From the NCBI RefSeq assembly GCF_009914755.1, contig NC_060936.1: 64,000 nucleotides of DNA; one strand, written 5' to 3'. Every line of letters starts with the position of its first letter. Positions within the stretch are counted from its first letter, which is position 1. Position numbers and translations under genes: made by a program. Source of the stretch: the human T2T-CHM13v2.0 reference genome, Homo sapiens. The notes beneath the pieces are model-generated. The model had not been told where the DNA came from and did not search any database. It worked only from the letters and a program-made list of their open reading frames with translations. Positions 14,606 to 30,826 of the stretch are shown one piece after another.

Positions 14606-15862
14606 TCAGCTTTTGCTCATCCACGAAGGGCTCTTTAAGTTTTCTGGGGCGGGTTTCCCTGATGGTTTGGAGGTTGCAGCTGGGTCCCTCGGGGTTCCCT
14701 GGGGCTCATGCAAGAAGGAAGATTCACTCAAAGTGGTGTCCTGGGAGTCAGCGACGGTGGACGGGTCAGCCTCACTGGACAGGTCTTCCGTTGAGAAGGT
14801 GAGACTCCCCAGCTTGGCAAGAGAGTGTGAGCGCTTCAGTGGGGAAGAGACGGTGAGGCCCGCCAGCCGGAGCCGGGTCTCAATCTCCTGCGTCCGCTGC
14901 TTCACCAGCCCGGGCTTCCCACGGACACTGTGGATGCTATCGCTGCTGGAGCTCCGGGTCAGGTTGGAGCTCATGGAAGAGGAGGTGGGGGTGTAGCAGA
15001 TGGTCTTCAGAAAGTCTTTTGAGAAACTACTGGTGTGGTCCAGGCGGTAGAAGAAAGGAGGGGGGCTCTTCAGTGAGCCTCCTTCCAATGAAGCGGGGGC
15101 GGCCTCTGACTTCTCATCACTCCCGGCCTGGCTGGGCATAACCAGGGGGCCCAGCTCGTGGAGCGCGGCTGGATCCTGGCTCTCCTCGGGGATGCTGGCC
15201 TCCAGCCTGCTGGCAGGGCCATCCCTGGAGGGAGGTGCTGGGTCTGCAGGCACGCTCTTCAGCCGCTCTAGCTCTTTGGTGTGCTTGCGGACCAAGCCTG
15301 CCTTCTGCAGCTGAATGATGGACTCCTGGTGCTGCATCAGGTAGCTGTTGGTTGTCGGCTTCTCAGATTCATTACTGAACAGAAGCCTCAGGTCCTTGGC
15401 TGGCTTCATATCTTTCTTGGGTGACGATTCTTCCTTTATTACCACTTCTGTGCTGGGAGGGTTCTTATCACAGTGAGAATTCTTCAAAAGGAGGGACTTT
15501 GGCAGGACTTTTGGGGTCTCTCTGGAAGGTTCCAAAAGGCTGGCTGGTGGCTCTAGGGCAGCTCCAGCCCCAGGGCCACTGGTGTCTGCCCTCCTGGAGC
15601 CTGCTGGTGGTAGGAACGGGGGAGGTTCGGTTGGGCCAGAGGCTGGCTTCTCCGGAACACGGGACCTGCTGGCCAAGTGGGCCACAGGGGAGGACGTGAT
15701 GTGGGGTAGGAAGGCTGGCTGGGTGCAGATGGCGGGAGCATTGGGGTCCTCACATCGCTCCCTGGAGGCCTCAGGAGCCCCGCTGGCTGTAGGGTACATG
15801 CAGTCGGCACAGGATTTATAGGAAGGCTTCACTTTGTTAAGGATCCCAAATATAGCATCATC
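14606..15862 (-). CDS. SSH1: SSH1 exon 15 (terminal): Ser-rich C-terminal region DDAIFG...SPSWMSKS*, with RSSSSD and LKRSHSL (14-3-3/actin regulatory) motifs
   Basis: Acceptor cag|GAT at 15862; TGA at 14606-14608; 1257 nt; matches recalled SSH1L C-terminus and summed exon lengths give 1049 aa if exons 1-2 contribute 110 nt. Confidence 0.97.
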   Translation of the reverse strand, partial: DDAIFGILNKVKPSYKSCADCMYPTASGAPEASRERCEDPNAPAICTQPAFLPHITSSPVAHLASRSRVPEKPASGPTEPPPFLPPAGSRRADTSGPGAGAALEPPASLLEPSRETPKVLPKSLLLKNSHCDKNPPSTEVVIKEESSPKKDMKPAKDLRLLFSNESEKPTTNSYLMQHQESIIQLQKAGLVRKHTKELERLKSVPADPAPPSRDGPASRLEASIPEESQDPAALHELGPLVMPSQAGSDEKSEAAPASLEGGSLKSPPPFFYRLDHTSSFSKDFLKTICYTPTSSSMSSNLTRSSSSDSIHSVRGKPGLVKQRTQEIETRLRLAGLTVSSPLKRSHSLAKLGSLTFSTEDLSSEADPSTVADSQDTTLSESSFLHEPQGTPRDPAATSKPSGKPAPENLKSPSWMSKS

Positions 15863-16496
15863 CTGCAAGGAAGGGGACAAGAGCATGGTGAGACGGTGCA
15901 GTCATGAGCCAAAGACCAAAAACATGAGGGTGGGCAGGGAAAGGGGTGCGAGGCCGGACTGGGGGCCAGGCCTGGAGGGGAGGCTCTCATTTCACTTAAT
16001 ACTGACAGACAGACCTCCTGGAGCCCACTTGATCGAGAATAACCACTGGCCTGAGGTGGATTTTATACCCCAATAGAAAACAAGTTTACATTGTTTCCTA
16101 AGGAAACCCTCCTGCCTTTTGGTCAGTGAGGATCTAAGTGAACGTGACACATGCCTCTGTGTCCCCACCCTTCACTTCCTTACAGGCCAACTGACAGGTA
16201 CCCAGTGGTCCTGGGAATGGACTAGAAAGCTGTGTGAAGAGTCCCAGGGGAGAGAGGGACAAGTTCTAAGTCTCCGCGGAGGGAAGGCTTCCCAGAGGAA
16301 CTGACACTTCAGCTGAGGCTTCTGGGACAAGCAGGTGTTGACCAGCCAGAGAGAGCAGCATGCAGGTCCAGAAGCAAAGCAGGAAGGAGGAGGGCACCCC
16401 CCTACCCCACCCCGCCTGCACAGGACTGTAGGCTGGAGGGCAGGACAAGGCAGGAGGGCAACAGGGCTCTGTCTCTCTCTCTTTCAAACAGATAAG

Positions 16497-16611
16497 AGAC
16501 AAGGTCCTACTATGTTGCCCAGGCTGGTCTCGAACTCCTGGGCTCAAGTGTTCCTCCTGCCTCGGCCTCCCAAAGTGCTAGGATTACAGGTGTGAGCGAC
16601 TACACCCCGCC
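16497..16611 (-). mobile_element. FLAM/Alu left monomer
   Basis: Monomer consensus. Confidence 0.85.
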
Positions 16612-16667
16612 AGCTCTGTCTCTCAACACCTCCTTATGTCCTTGCCCCATCCTCTGAGCCACTGTGA

Positions 16668-17201
<534 letters not shown>

Positions 17202-17729
17202 CAGGGTTTTATCTCATCTGTCTTTATGGGTATTTGCTTTGTGGTAGGCAGGGAAGTGGGGGAAATCCATAATTAGTATTTGATTTGGAATGCTTTATGG
17301 AGGTCGACAGATGCAACTGCCCAGTTTTGTTTGCATTATAACATGCTGTTAATAATAATAAACTGGCTGTATACTTGAATGCATCTGTCAGGACCCCAAG
17401 TGCCCCCACTTGAGAACCACGGCTGTCCTGTGAGATGGGCAGGTGAAGCCAGAGGCAACAAAGTCAGCAGCAGGGCAAGGGTGGAAGTGGAGACCAGGCT
17501 GCACGGCCACCCTTCCACTGAACCAGCCTCTGCTCCTGCATCACTTCCCCCATGGAGGAGGGAAAAGGTTGGCTGGAATTAACCAATTTCTCAGTAAGCA
17601 CCAGGTTGAAGCTCAAACCTTGTGGCAGATAATCCACTAAAAATGGCAACTCCAAGAGACTAATGGAGTTAAGTATTAGAGTCTAAGTTGGAAGGCTGGA
17701 TACTTGACAACGTTGGGAAATTACTATCA

Positions 17730-18025
<296 letters not shown>

Positions 18026-18108
18026 CTATCAGTTTTTTTAAAAGGTGACAATGGTATTGTGGCTATGTTAACATACTGGAGCATTTATGAATAAAATGAT
18101 ATATCTGA

Positions 18109-18373
18109 GGCCAAGCGTGGTGACTCAAACCTGTAATTCCAGCACTTTGGGAAGCCAAGGTGGGCAGATGGCTTGAGACCAGGCTGGGCAACAGTAAGAC
18201 CTCATCTCTACAAAAAAATAGAAAAGATTAACCGGGTGTGGTAGCATGCGCCTGTGGTCCCAGCTACTCAGGAGGCTGAGGTAGGAGGATCACTTGAGCC
18301 TGGGAGGTCAAGGCTGCAGTGAACCGTGATCATGCCACTGTACTCCAGCATGGGAAACAGTGAGAACTTGTCT
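18109..18373 (+). mobile_element. AluJ, embedded in old L1M 3'-end fragments (~18035-18580)
   Basis: Alu consensus; flanking aatggtattgtggctatg-type L1M sequence. Confidence 0.85.
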
Positions 18374-18561
18374 ATAGTATGTATCTATCTATATCTACAG
18401 TATATACCTATAATATATATTTTTTAGATACAGGTATCTATATCTAAATCTGGGATTGGTTCCAGGATCATCAGGGGTGTGGGGAAGTGGGTGGTAGGGG
18501 TGAGATGAAAAAGAATAGTCATATATCGATAAAGGCTGAAGTTGGCTGATAAATTATATGT

Positions 18562-18567
18562 TTTAAT
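18562..18567 (-). terminator. SSH1: Intronic poly(A) signal ATTAAA for the short SSH1 isoform
   Basis: tttaat on +, 150 nt past the read-through stop at 18718; UGUA just upstream on minus. Confidence 0.55.
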
Positions 18568-18717
18568 TTTACATACACAAAAAGAAATTGAGTTGGAAGC
18601 CCTGCCCAGGGTATGAATAAGGTACATGGGGTGAAGATGGTGTGCAGAGATATGTGTTATTCCCAACAGATTCTCAATTTGCTATATAAGGTATGCACTA
18701 CGTACCCACCAGCAGAA

Positions 18718-18903
18718 TCACCCTGTGAAAGAACCCTCAGGTCCCTGGAGATGGGAGCTGGGGGCCCAGAGGAGACAATAGAAAAAAATCAGCTGGGTGT
18801 GGTGGCGGGTGCCTGTAGTCCCTACTACAGAGGCTGAGGTAGGCCAATTAGAGTGGGATGGAAGGGATGGGGTGTGCCACCCTGCAGGCCGGGCTCTGCC
18901 TAC
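18718..18903 (-). CDS. SSH1: SSH1 short-isoform (SSH1S-type, 692 aa) C-terminal extension by read-through of the exon 14 donor; partly Alu-derived
   Basis: ORF continues in frame 61 codons (VGRARPAG...PEGSFTG*); 631+61=692; Alu fragment at 18781-18843. Confidence 0.8.
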   Translation of the reverse strand, partial: VGRARPAGWHTPSLPSHSNWPTSASVVGTTGTRHHTQLIFFYCLLWAPSSHLQGPEGSFTG

Positions 18904-19447
18904 CTCCATGCCGTTGGGACAGCTCCTCTTGCTGTTGTTGTTTAGGTTCTCCGAGTTGAGCAGGTTTTGATCGAGCTGGGTTGGAAGCTGCCCCCACCTC
19001 CCTGCTCCCAGGCCCTCCTCCCTTTCCGTCTCCTCCACCTGCAGCAAGGAGCCGCTCCGACCTTTGGGACTCCCAAACTCTAGTTTCTTCTTCACATCCT
19101 TCTCACAGAGTCCGGAACCTTGCTGGGGCTGTCTGGCCGGCCTGTGCACCTCTGCAGGTGGAGCAGCTTCCTCCAACAGAGCCTCCCTCTCCGGATCCTC
19201 CAGGTGGACCAAGCTGCCAGTTTCATCCTCAGGGGAAGGCAGAAGGGGGTCTGAGAGTCGCCGGAAACAGCAGGGGAGGGGGGGCCCTAAGCCGGGCTGG
19301 GCGGCATCATCCAAGAAGGGCAGCTGGCTTTCCGGGGTGCCATCTGGGGTCTCTGGCAAGAAGTCGCCAGGTCCTGCAGGGTCATCCACAGGCTGCTGGA
19401 GGCTGCTGTCTGTCTGCTGACGCCACAGCTTGTTGTGCCGCTGTTTG
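18904..19447 (-). CDS. SSH1: SSH1 exon 14 (KQRHNKLWRQ...CPNGME)
   Basis: cag|C acceptor, GAG|gtaggc donor, 544 nt, phase 2-0. Confidence 0.96.
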
Positions 19448-20016
19448 CTGCGGGGAGAGAGGGTAGAGGAAGGTGAGGGGAGGAGGATGGTGCCTGGGGG
19501 TGCTGGGAAGAGTATGCGGTGAGCCAGTGAGGGGCTGCCCAAGGTCAGGGCGCCAGGGACGATCCATGGCTCATTCAGGTAAAGCCTCTCTCTGTTCATT
19601 TGTTCCCAAGAAACACAAGGATGAGAAACAGCACTGGCTCCTAAGTTGTCCAGGCTCGCACAGGAAGCCTGATGTGACTTTCTGCCTCTGATGACAACGG
19701 GGAAGGAACGCGGGGGCGTCTAGACTTCAATCTGTGTATCTGTGTTTAGTGATGCCTCATTGTCACGTCAGTTACACTCCATCTCTCATTTCTCTGTCAA
19801 ATAAGAATAACAACGCTCTCCTACCTATATTGTAGGGAAATGAAGGGAATCAAAGTGGAGTATGTACAGATCTATACACGATAATACAACTATACACACA
19901 CATAACGCACTGCAATGCATTTGGGAAGATCCTGGAAAACTAGAAAGTATTTGTTTAGGTTTAGGTCAGTTTTTAAACAATTTCTTCTACTATGATGACA
20001 TTGTTTTTATAATCCC

Positions 20017-20341
<325 letters not shown>

Positions 20342-21223
20342 TAAAAAAAAAGTTTACGGTGAAATAAGGTAACTAAGTCACCCTCAAGGACCTTAAAGTA
20401 ATACCAGTATCACAGGCTTGCGAGGGTTAAAAAGAGAGAGGTAAATGTAAGAGCACAGTGTGACAGAGCCATTCATCCTCTCTGCTCGGTGTGCACATCC
20501 CAGCCAGCAGCTACTCAAGGTCACTGCCACGCTGCTATGAACCTGGCCTGGAGCGCCTGGCTTAGGCTGCAGAGGGCACTGAGTGCGTGGCAGGCTCAGG
20601 GAGAGGTCAGTGAGATGCTCGCTCTTCCTCCTCCTCCTCTGGGCCTTGCCTGGGGACCTGTCCAGCCCTTCCGACAGTGAAGGAGTCCACAGTTGGCCGG
20701 CCCTGTTCTCTGGACCCTGTTTAACTCTGCTAGGGCACTCCTGCATTCCCAAACTTGGCCAAGAGGCTGGTAGACTTTGCCTGTGGCTTCCTTCCAACAC
20801 CAGACTGATATCTCCCAGGGAGGCCTGCTTCTTGTACAGACTGACTGGAAAGGGAACCGGGAGAAAGTGCCGCCCAGGCTCTGGGCTTCCAACTTGAGAG
20901 CCTGGGGTACTGGAACTACGGTGAGGACCTCCCCCACCACCCCGTGTGGGTGACAGAACCGCAGGGCTTTTTGCACACAGCACCCTGACTCAGAGGCTGA
21001 GTGAGGGGCCGCGGTGTACCTCTCCCTCCTGCCGCCCACTGGCTGTGTATGGGGGATAGGTCAACCTCTCAGCGTCAGCTCCTTATCCCTGCCCTGATCC
21101 TCGTAAAAGGGGGATAACCTGTACAGAAATTTTTAGGATGGGAGTTCAGAGACTTTAAGCTACATTTATTATTTACTACAAGCCAGATGTGGAAGTATCT
21201 GTAAAGGTAAACTTGTTTAGCAC

Positions 21224-21824
21224 TGCAAAAGGAAAACAAATCTTGGGACCCCAAACTCATTAAGCCAAAGGGAAAAGTCAAGCCGGGAAGTGGGTCACGC
21301 AAATCTGCCTCCCATTTTGATTCCTAAATAAGATGGCTACGAAGATGAAAAGCTACACACCTCCCTCATATCTTGCCCACAAGGAAATTCCTTGCGGTCC
21401 CCAAGATCTTTACCCTAAAGCTTTTCGGTTAAAATTCACCATGGCAATGTAAATTGCCCACTATCTTCATAGATTGTGGGGGGTGGGTGGGAAGGAAGAC
21501 ACAGGACAGAACTCAAAGTCATCCCTCTACCCATCTGACACAAATGCATATCTGATTGTTTCCTCTGCTCTATTGTCTATGTTATGCAAAAACGCAGATT
21601 CACTGAGCCAGATGAAGGCATACATGACTCTCTTCCCCCTACCCCGCTTCACATGAAAATTGTGCATTTCTCGATATCCCATCCTTTCCCCTTAAAATTT
21701 GAAGCCCTCAAAATTATCTTCAGAGAAAGGCACAGACGTGTCTCCCAGGTGTGCATCCTTAACAATGGCAAATAAACCTCCTAAAATGATTGAGACTTGC
21801 CTCGGTCATTTGGCTTGATTGACA
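21224..21824 (+). mobile_element. MER4-family (MER4B-like) solo LTR
   Basis: TG...CA termini; start tgcaaaaggaaaacaaatcttgggacccc; AATAAA at ~21771. Confidence 0.85.
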
Positions 21825-21880
21825 GATAGCACTCATGCAAACCTCACAGCAGCTCTATTGGGTGGGTATTCTTTAAAAAC

Positions 21881-22160
21881 TTTTTTTTTTTTGGAGGTGA
21901 AGTCTCACTCTGTCACCCAGGCTGGGGTGCAGTGGTATGATCTCGGAACCTCTGCCTCTTGGGTTCAAGCAATCCTCGTGCCTCAGCCTCCTGAGTAGCT
22001 GAGATTACAGGCACACGCCACCACACCTGGCTAATTTTTTTTGTATATTTTTAGAAGAGATGGGGTTTCACTATGTTGGCCAGGCTGGTCTCAAACTCCT
22101 GACCTCAGGTGATCCGCCTGCATCGGCCTCCCAAAGTGCTGGGATTACAGCGCCTGACCC
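21881..22160 (-). mobile_element. AluS
   Basis: Dimer. Confidence 0.9.
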
Positions 22161-22205
22161 TCAATTTTTTTTTTTACAGCTAAAATACATATAATATAAA
22201 ATTTG

Positions 22206-22480
22206 GGCCAGGTGTGGTGGCCCAGCACTTTGGAAGGCTGAGGTGGAAGGATCGATTGAGCCCAGGAGTTTGAGACCAGCCTGGGCAACATACCAAAACC
22301 TTTTCTCTACAGAAAAAAATATAAAAAATTAACCGGGTATTGTGGTGCGCACCTGTAGTCCCAGCTGTTTGGGGGGCTGAGGTGGGAGAATCATTTGAGC
22401 CTGGGAGGTTGAGGTGTCATGATCATACCCTGCAATCCGGCCTGGGTGACAGAGTGAGACCCTGTCTCAAAAAAATAAAA
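22206..22480 (+). mobile_element. AluJ
   Basis: Dimer; TSD ataaaatttg. Confidence 0.9.
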
Positions 22481-22519
22481 TTTGCCACCCTGACCTCTTT
22501 TTATTTATATATTTAAACA

Positions 22520-22833
22520 ATTTTTATTTATGTATTTCTTTCTGAGAAAAGGTCTCGCTCTGTTGCTCAGGCTGGAGTGCAGTGATGCGATCATGGCTCA
22601 CTGCGGTCTTGAACTCCTGGTCTCCCAGGTTCAAGCCATTCTCCCGCCTCAGCCTTCCAAGTAGCTGGGATTACAGGTGCACGCCACCACACCCAGCTAA
22701 TTCTTGTATTTTTAGTAGAGACGGGGTTTAACCTTGTTGGCCAGACTGGTCTCGAACTCCTGACCTCAAGTGATCCACCTGCCTCGGCCTCTTAAAGTGC
22801 TGGGATTACGGGCATGAGCCACCACACCCGGCC
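22520..22833 (-). mobile_element. Alu (J/S chimeric right arm)
   Basis: Dimer. Confidence 0.88.
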
Positions 22834-23725
<892 letters not shown>

Positions 23726-23729
23726 GTGA

Positions 23730-25122
<1,393 letters not shown>

Positions 25123-25607
25123 GGTGGGCATTAATTCTTAGAAGAGGGAACTGAGGCTCGGGAAGACTGATGGGCTTGCCCTGCTCATCAGTGGCGGAAC
25201 CTGGTTGCTGTGCCTCTCCGAGTCCTTGGCTTTTCCTGCAGCAAAGCTGGTGCACAGGGCTTGGCACAAACCAGATGCCCAGGAAGCGAGATGCGCACGT
25301 GCTTACGCCACACACACGAGGCCAGGCCTTGGCTTAGAACCTAGGCACCGTTCCCTCCAGCAGCAAAACCAGCTTTATGTGTGTGCCAAGAAAATCAAAA
25401 CAGATCCCTCCTGGAAACCACTCATCAAAGCCCAAACAATAGTTGTTTTTCTCAAACTGGCTCCCCCTGAGAGGCAGAATTTTGGCTGTGGAAGCGGCTG
25501 CTGGGCCGAATGGGAGCATGCTCTGCTGCCGACAGAGGCCTGGCTGGCTTGGCCACATGGCTGCTCCAGCTCCGCCTGCCAACCCTTCTCTCCAGGCAGG
25601 CACCCAC

Positions 25608-25808
25608 CTTGCATCCAAGATGCCTTCATACTCAGACAGCTGCCTCATAAAGCCCGCGTTGGGGCGCGTGATGCTGCGCTTCTGCTTTACATAGTTATAT
25701 GCTTTTTCCAGAGGCCAGCCGAATTCCTTCATTGCATAGGCTATGACTGTGGAGGCCGAGCGACTCACGCCCATTTTGCAATGCACCAGGCACTTGGAAT
25801 GGTTCCTC
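25608..25808 (-). CDS. SSH1: SSH1 exon 13: catalytic DSP loop HCKMGVSRS
   Basis: HCX5R motif; cag|G acceptor, AG|gtgggt donor; 201 nt. Confidence 0.98.
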
Positions 25809-27387
25809 CTGCAGGGGTGGGAGCAGTTGGGGAGGAGAGATGGGGGAGAAGCAGTGGGGAAGGAGTTAAAAAGCTCCAACAACTTCATTCTCTCAGGTTT
25901 TACCCGAATCATTTTTTTAAACCCTGTAGATATCTTACTGCCGAAATCCTCCTACGTCTTAATGTTTACGGAGCAGATGTCCACGCACTCTCTAAAGGAA
26001 ATACCACCACTGTAGAATCAATTAGCACACAATGGGATATCAAAAGAAATCTGTTCTGGCCTGGCCATGTTTTGTTTGCAGGGAGAGCTTCAATATTTGG
26101 CTGCCTTCAGGGACCAAGTGAGAATCTTCTCACATGGCTGGGATGGGCTAGGGGACCAAAAGCCCTTTCCTGGGACGAGAGTGGGCAGCTAACGGGATTT
26201 CTGCAAGAGCTACTCAGCTGCTACAGCAGATGGAGACAGTGAATGAGTTACTGCAGAAAAATGGGGTCAGCAAACTGAAAGCTGCAAGGCCCTGGGGAGA
26301 GCGAGATGCTCTTCAGACAGGAGGGCCAGGGAGCAGGAGTAAGGGCGGCCGCAAAAAAAAGCCAGGAGTGGAAGATGGGGCTGGCCGTTTATTTGTAAGG
26401 AGGCAGTGCTGGCCCAGGCCTGGCTGATTTACCAGATATGGCCCGGGAGACAGTGTTTCTTTAAGTATCACTTGCTCAAGAATGTGAAGGAGCGCCAAGC
26501 CAGTAAGGGCAGCACCTGCGAAACTTTATTTGTACAGAAGGCAGACCCACCAGGTGGGAGCCGGCTCTGGTTTCCTATACCCCAACCTTGAAATTCTCCT
26601 GCAAATCTCAGTGGGGTTTTTTCCCCCTAACTGCTGGTCTGAAGTTTCCGTCAAGGGAGTCTTGAGTTTGTCTCCTGGGAATATAAGGGAACTAAGATTT
26701 GGTTAAGGACACATCATGTGGCTTTGACCCAGAGGGAGATAAAGCAGAAGAGGGTGATTGTCTTGACAGCATCTCAAAGGGTTCTTTCTGTTCTTAATAA
26801 GGCAGAGCTGTTTCGCAGGGGAATAAAATGAGCACCAGAGACAGGTGAAACCGCTGACGGGCTCAGGGGCAGTGGGGCTGGCCATGACCTCCAACGTGCT
26901 GTCCTGTTTCATGCGACAGTAACTCAGGGAGGGAAGAAGGGCCGTATTCTTAGGGAGACAGTCCCAAAGAAGCTCTAAGCCCGTGTCCGTGCATGTCATC
27001 CCCTAGCCCTCTTTGGCTCAGTGACTTCCTAGGGGTGGGGCCCCTGAGTGTCCACTTGGTATCTGGGGCTTGCCTGGAATCAGAGCTGATGATGACAACT
27101 GGGGTCAAGTGTCACAATCAAAGATAGGTGGGAGAGACTAAGCTCAATAGGGACTCTACCTGGAGAGGACCAACCACTTTTCTCCTTTGGTGCTTGGAGT
27201 CCTGCGACTAAAAGCAAAGGTCCATCCCACATCAAGTCCACTCCCACCAGCCAACTCCTGCGTCTGGAGTCCCGTTAGGATCCCCCCTCCCACCAGCCGA
27301 CTTCTGCATCTGCAGTCTCGTTCATTCCCACTCTCCCAGCCTCAGCAGGTTGGTTTCATCCTCAGCCCCGCCTCTCTGTCCACTTAC

Positions 27388-27534
27388 TTCGCTTTGTTTA
27401 TAAAATGATACGCTTCATTCCAGTGGGCGAGGAGGTCTGTGGTCTCTTCATCGTAGACTCGGATGTTATGATATGCAAATAAGCCAGGAAAAAAATTATC
27501 GATTTCTCTGGTAACATTTAAAATGTAATCAACC
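27388..27534 (-). CDS. SSH1: SSH1 exon 12 (VDYILNVTREIDNFF...FINKAK)
   Basis: cag|G, AA|gtaagt; 147 nt. Confidence 0.97.
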
Positions 27535-28928
27535 CTGCAATGAGAAAAAAATAAGAAACAAATTTGGACAATCTGAATGAGAAAGAAAAGCAAGGTAATA
27601 AAAACTGGCAGAGAAAAGAAAAGGAAACACACATTAACCAAGGGTCATATGTTCGTGGCGGGACTTTGGTTTTTCCTTAATAGCTATGTTTTTTGGTATT
27701 TTCTAAATGCCCTCTCAATGGTGAAAATGTGTTATATTTATACTAAGAAACCAAATTATTGTAAAGACCTTATAAAAAGAAAGCTCAGTTTAAAGCATTC
27801 TGGAAAATTAAATATATGTATTACTTAAATTTATAACTATTCATGACTATTATGAGTATACAGAGGCTTAAAAAAATCCCAGTGTCTTCACTCTTAAAGA
27901 GCTAAAAAGCAGACTATATCCATCCATTATCTATATCCTTGGGAACTGCCTTAAATCTTTTTTTGGAAAAAGGCAAGATAGACAAATAAGTATTTGACAG
28001 GGTCTGCTAACCCAGGTTCTGTAGTTCTCTCAACTTAATCAATACTTTTACTTCTGGAAGAAAATAATGTCAGGAGTTAGAAAACATCTCAAATAGGTTT
28101 CATAATATTTAGACATGCTTAAAAAAATACCTAAGAAAATCATTAATTTATTCCCAGCAAGACGAAAGCACAGAAGAGTATGGCCTTACGTTTTAAGAAT
28201 ACTTTCTGTTGAAAGAATGCATCTTAACCGGTAGTTCTAAAGATGTATTTTAAGATTTGTTTAGTCTTGATTTTTAAACGTGGTAATTCTAGAATGTCAT
28301 CATGTCAGGCCCACAGAACGGTGATTTTGTGGCTGTGTTGTTTTAAAAAAAAAAAAAAAAAAGTCCAGACATCTGTTCTTGAAGGTCTAGATTGAAACAT
28401 TTTTCATCCCTGCTGAGTGTTTGTCAGACTACGACAGGCATATGCTTCTGGCCAACACTGAGCGTAAAGTTGCAAGATTCCCACCAGGCCCCAAAGCATT
28501 AGCTCAGATAGAGCCCAAAGTGGCCCAGGGATCAGGGTTGCTGACTAACGCAACAGCCAGCAGACCTCTGCGTCCACACTAGGGTTTGCAGCAACTGTGC
28601 GGGGCAGGGAAGCGGGGTGGGGGTGAGGCAGCACAGAGCCTAATCAATATCCAGGCGGTCCTACAGCAATTAGAGTGTAATTTTAAGTTTTCCTCAATCC
28701 ACACGATCACGCGAGACTTCGGCACAATCTAAACTCCATGAATTATTCAGGGCGTGGTGTTTGGAAGCACATCTGTTTAGCTATGCACATCAACCCCTGG
28801 CAGCCACTTCAGAGACCAGGGTGCAGGCAATTACAGGCAGGCAGCCCCAAGGTCTCCCCCTCCATGGCAGAGTGGAGGGTTTCTAAGCTGCCTGGAAGGA
28901 CAGGGAAAGACAAGGGGAGGAGACTCAC

Positions 28929-28975
28929 CCTGAGCCCTGCAGTTCCTCCAGATTGGATGCATTCCATTCAGAGCC
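28929..28975 (-). CDS. SSH1: SSH1 exon 11 (GSEWNASNLEELQGSG)
   Basis: cag|GGC, GG|gtgagt; 47 nt. Confidence 0.95.
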
Positions 28976-29394
28976 CTGGGAGACAGATCACACAAGCTCC
29001 TGTGAGTGTCACATGTCAGCCTCAGAGCTGCTCAGGGGATGCATGGTTTGCCCTAGCTCTGGCGGTGAGGTCTTATTTCATGGCCCCATTGGCCTCAGAG
29101 AACAGAGAGAACCAGCGGCTGATATTCAAGGAGATTCCTGAGTGAGTACTCAGAGCATGAGAGGAAGGGAGGGAGGGACGGAGGGAGGGAAGGGTCCCGG
29201 CCCTCACTGGCCCCTTGGCCTTAGGGAAACAGCAAGTCCAGGAAAACCTGCTCTCCGTCTCCCCACTTCCTTTCCTAAGAGTCCAGTGGGGGGGGGTCCT
29301 GTAAGCAGAGGCAATGACCTGCGACCTCCCACCCAGGGAAGGGCACGTTCACAAGCCACTAATTAAAGCAGGAATCGTTCTACCTTCTGGGAAG

Positions 29395-29915
29395 TATTTT
29401 GGCAATACTGAAAAAGTTCCCACCCTCTGACCCAGTAATTCCACTTACAAAAAGCTATCCTGAGGAAATAATCAGAACTCACACAGTGATTTAGGTAGGA
29501 GGATATTTATAATTATTTGTAATAAACCAGTGGAAACCACCCAAACGTCCAAAGGGAAAAAATGAGTAAAATAAATGAGGCTGGATCTTCATGATGGAGT
29601 CTTTAAAACAAATAAATTTTGCAGAATATTTAATGACACAGGCAAATACCATGTAAGGAAAAAAAATTTTAAGAGAGGAGGATACAGGACTATATAAACA
29701 TAAACAGTATGATCCTTTCTTTCTTTGTGCGTTTTCAAAGAAGCTATATATGCATTTTAAAAACCCAAAAAAACAGAAGATGGGAAAATAAATATGCCAA
29801 AATGTTAACAGGGACTACCTCTGGATTTGCGAGATCGGGAATGCTTTTTTCTTCTTTAGATTTATTTCTATTTTCAGACTTTCTGCAACATGTTTTAATT
29901 TAGTACTTTTAAAAA
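29395..29915 (+). mobile_element. Old L1M fragment(s)
   Basis: tgacccagtaattccactt...atatgccaaaatgttaacag motifs. Confidence 0.55.
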
Positions 29916-30699
29916 ATGGTATCATTGAAAAACCTTCCACTCCCAAGCATTCAAAGGACATGGAACGGGGGAAAAAAAAAAAGAAAAGAAAAAATGATCA
30001 CTTTCCTCTTAGGAAATGCAAACAACATAGTATCATAAAGAGCAAAAGAATCCACCTTTGTCTTCCTTGAAACTTCCTTTCCCAAGTTCCCAAGAGGGCA
30101 GACCCCTCAGGACCAGGGGTGGCAGGGCCCTGAGCAAGCTGGCAATGTGCGACACTAGCTGAATTTTCATATTTGAGGGAGAGGCCCAAACATAAAAATT
30201 CCTTTAGTATCTCTCATGGAAAAAGTGACATAAAGCACTGAACCACACTAAAAACATAACGCGAGTGCCGCTGAAGCTGAGACTGTCCTCTTGCTGTGAC
30301 TGCCACCTAGTGGAGAAAGAAGGAAGGTGCCTTCTGTTCCCTTCTCACCAGGGAAATCAACAGACTTCCAGGGAGATCAGTGCCCAGGACTGCCCACACT
30401 TTCAAATCCACACATGTACATACATTTTAATCAATCACTATGAAATCTATATAGATTTGTATACAGAAATGTATTAAAAAATATACATATCTACTTATCT
30501 ACATAGATATCATGACATATACATAACTCTTAATTACTTCCTACAGAAAACAAAGTCTTTCTTGTCTCTAGTAGTAAATTTACTTCCTTAGCTTTCCCAG
30601 GAAGCACTTTCTCCTCTAACAATGGTTACCATTAGTTAGCACCTGCAAAAACTGTACTCGGTGCTTTAAATATGTATTTTTAATTTTATTTTATTAAAA

Positions 30700-30826
30700 A
30701 AAATATTTTTTAGAGACAAGGTCTCACTATGTTGCCCAGGCTGGCTTCCAACTCCTAGGCTAAAGCTATCCTCCCCCTCAGCCTCCTGAGTAGCTGGGAC
30801 TACAGGCATAAGCCACTGTGCCCAGT
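30700..30826 (-). mobile_element. FLAM
   Basis: Monomer consensus. Confidence 0.85.

Noticed and set aside
14613-15821. Several + strand and alternate-frame ORFs over exon 15 (and similar ones over exon 14)
   Set aside because: GC-rich shadows of the SSH1 CDS
25205-26242. 345-aa + strand ORF antisense to exon 13
   Set aside because: Non-ATG start in the ORF track, no recognisable domain, overlaps a real exon antisense; likely a shadow ORF
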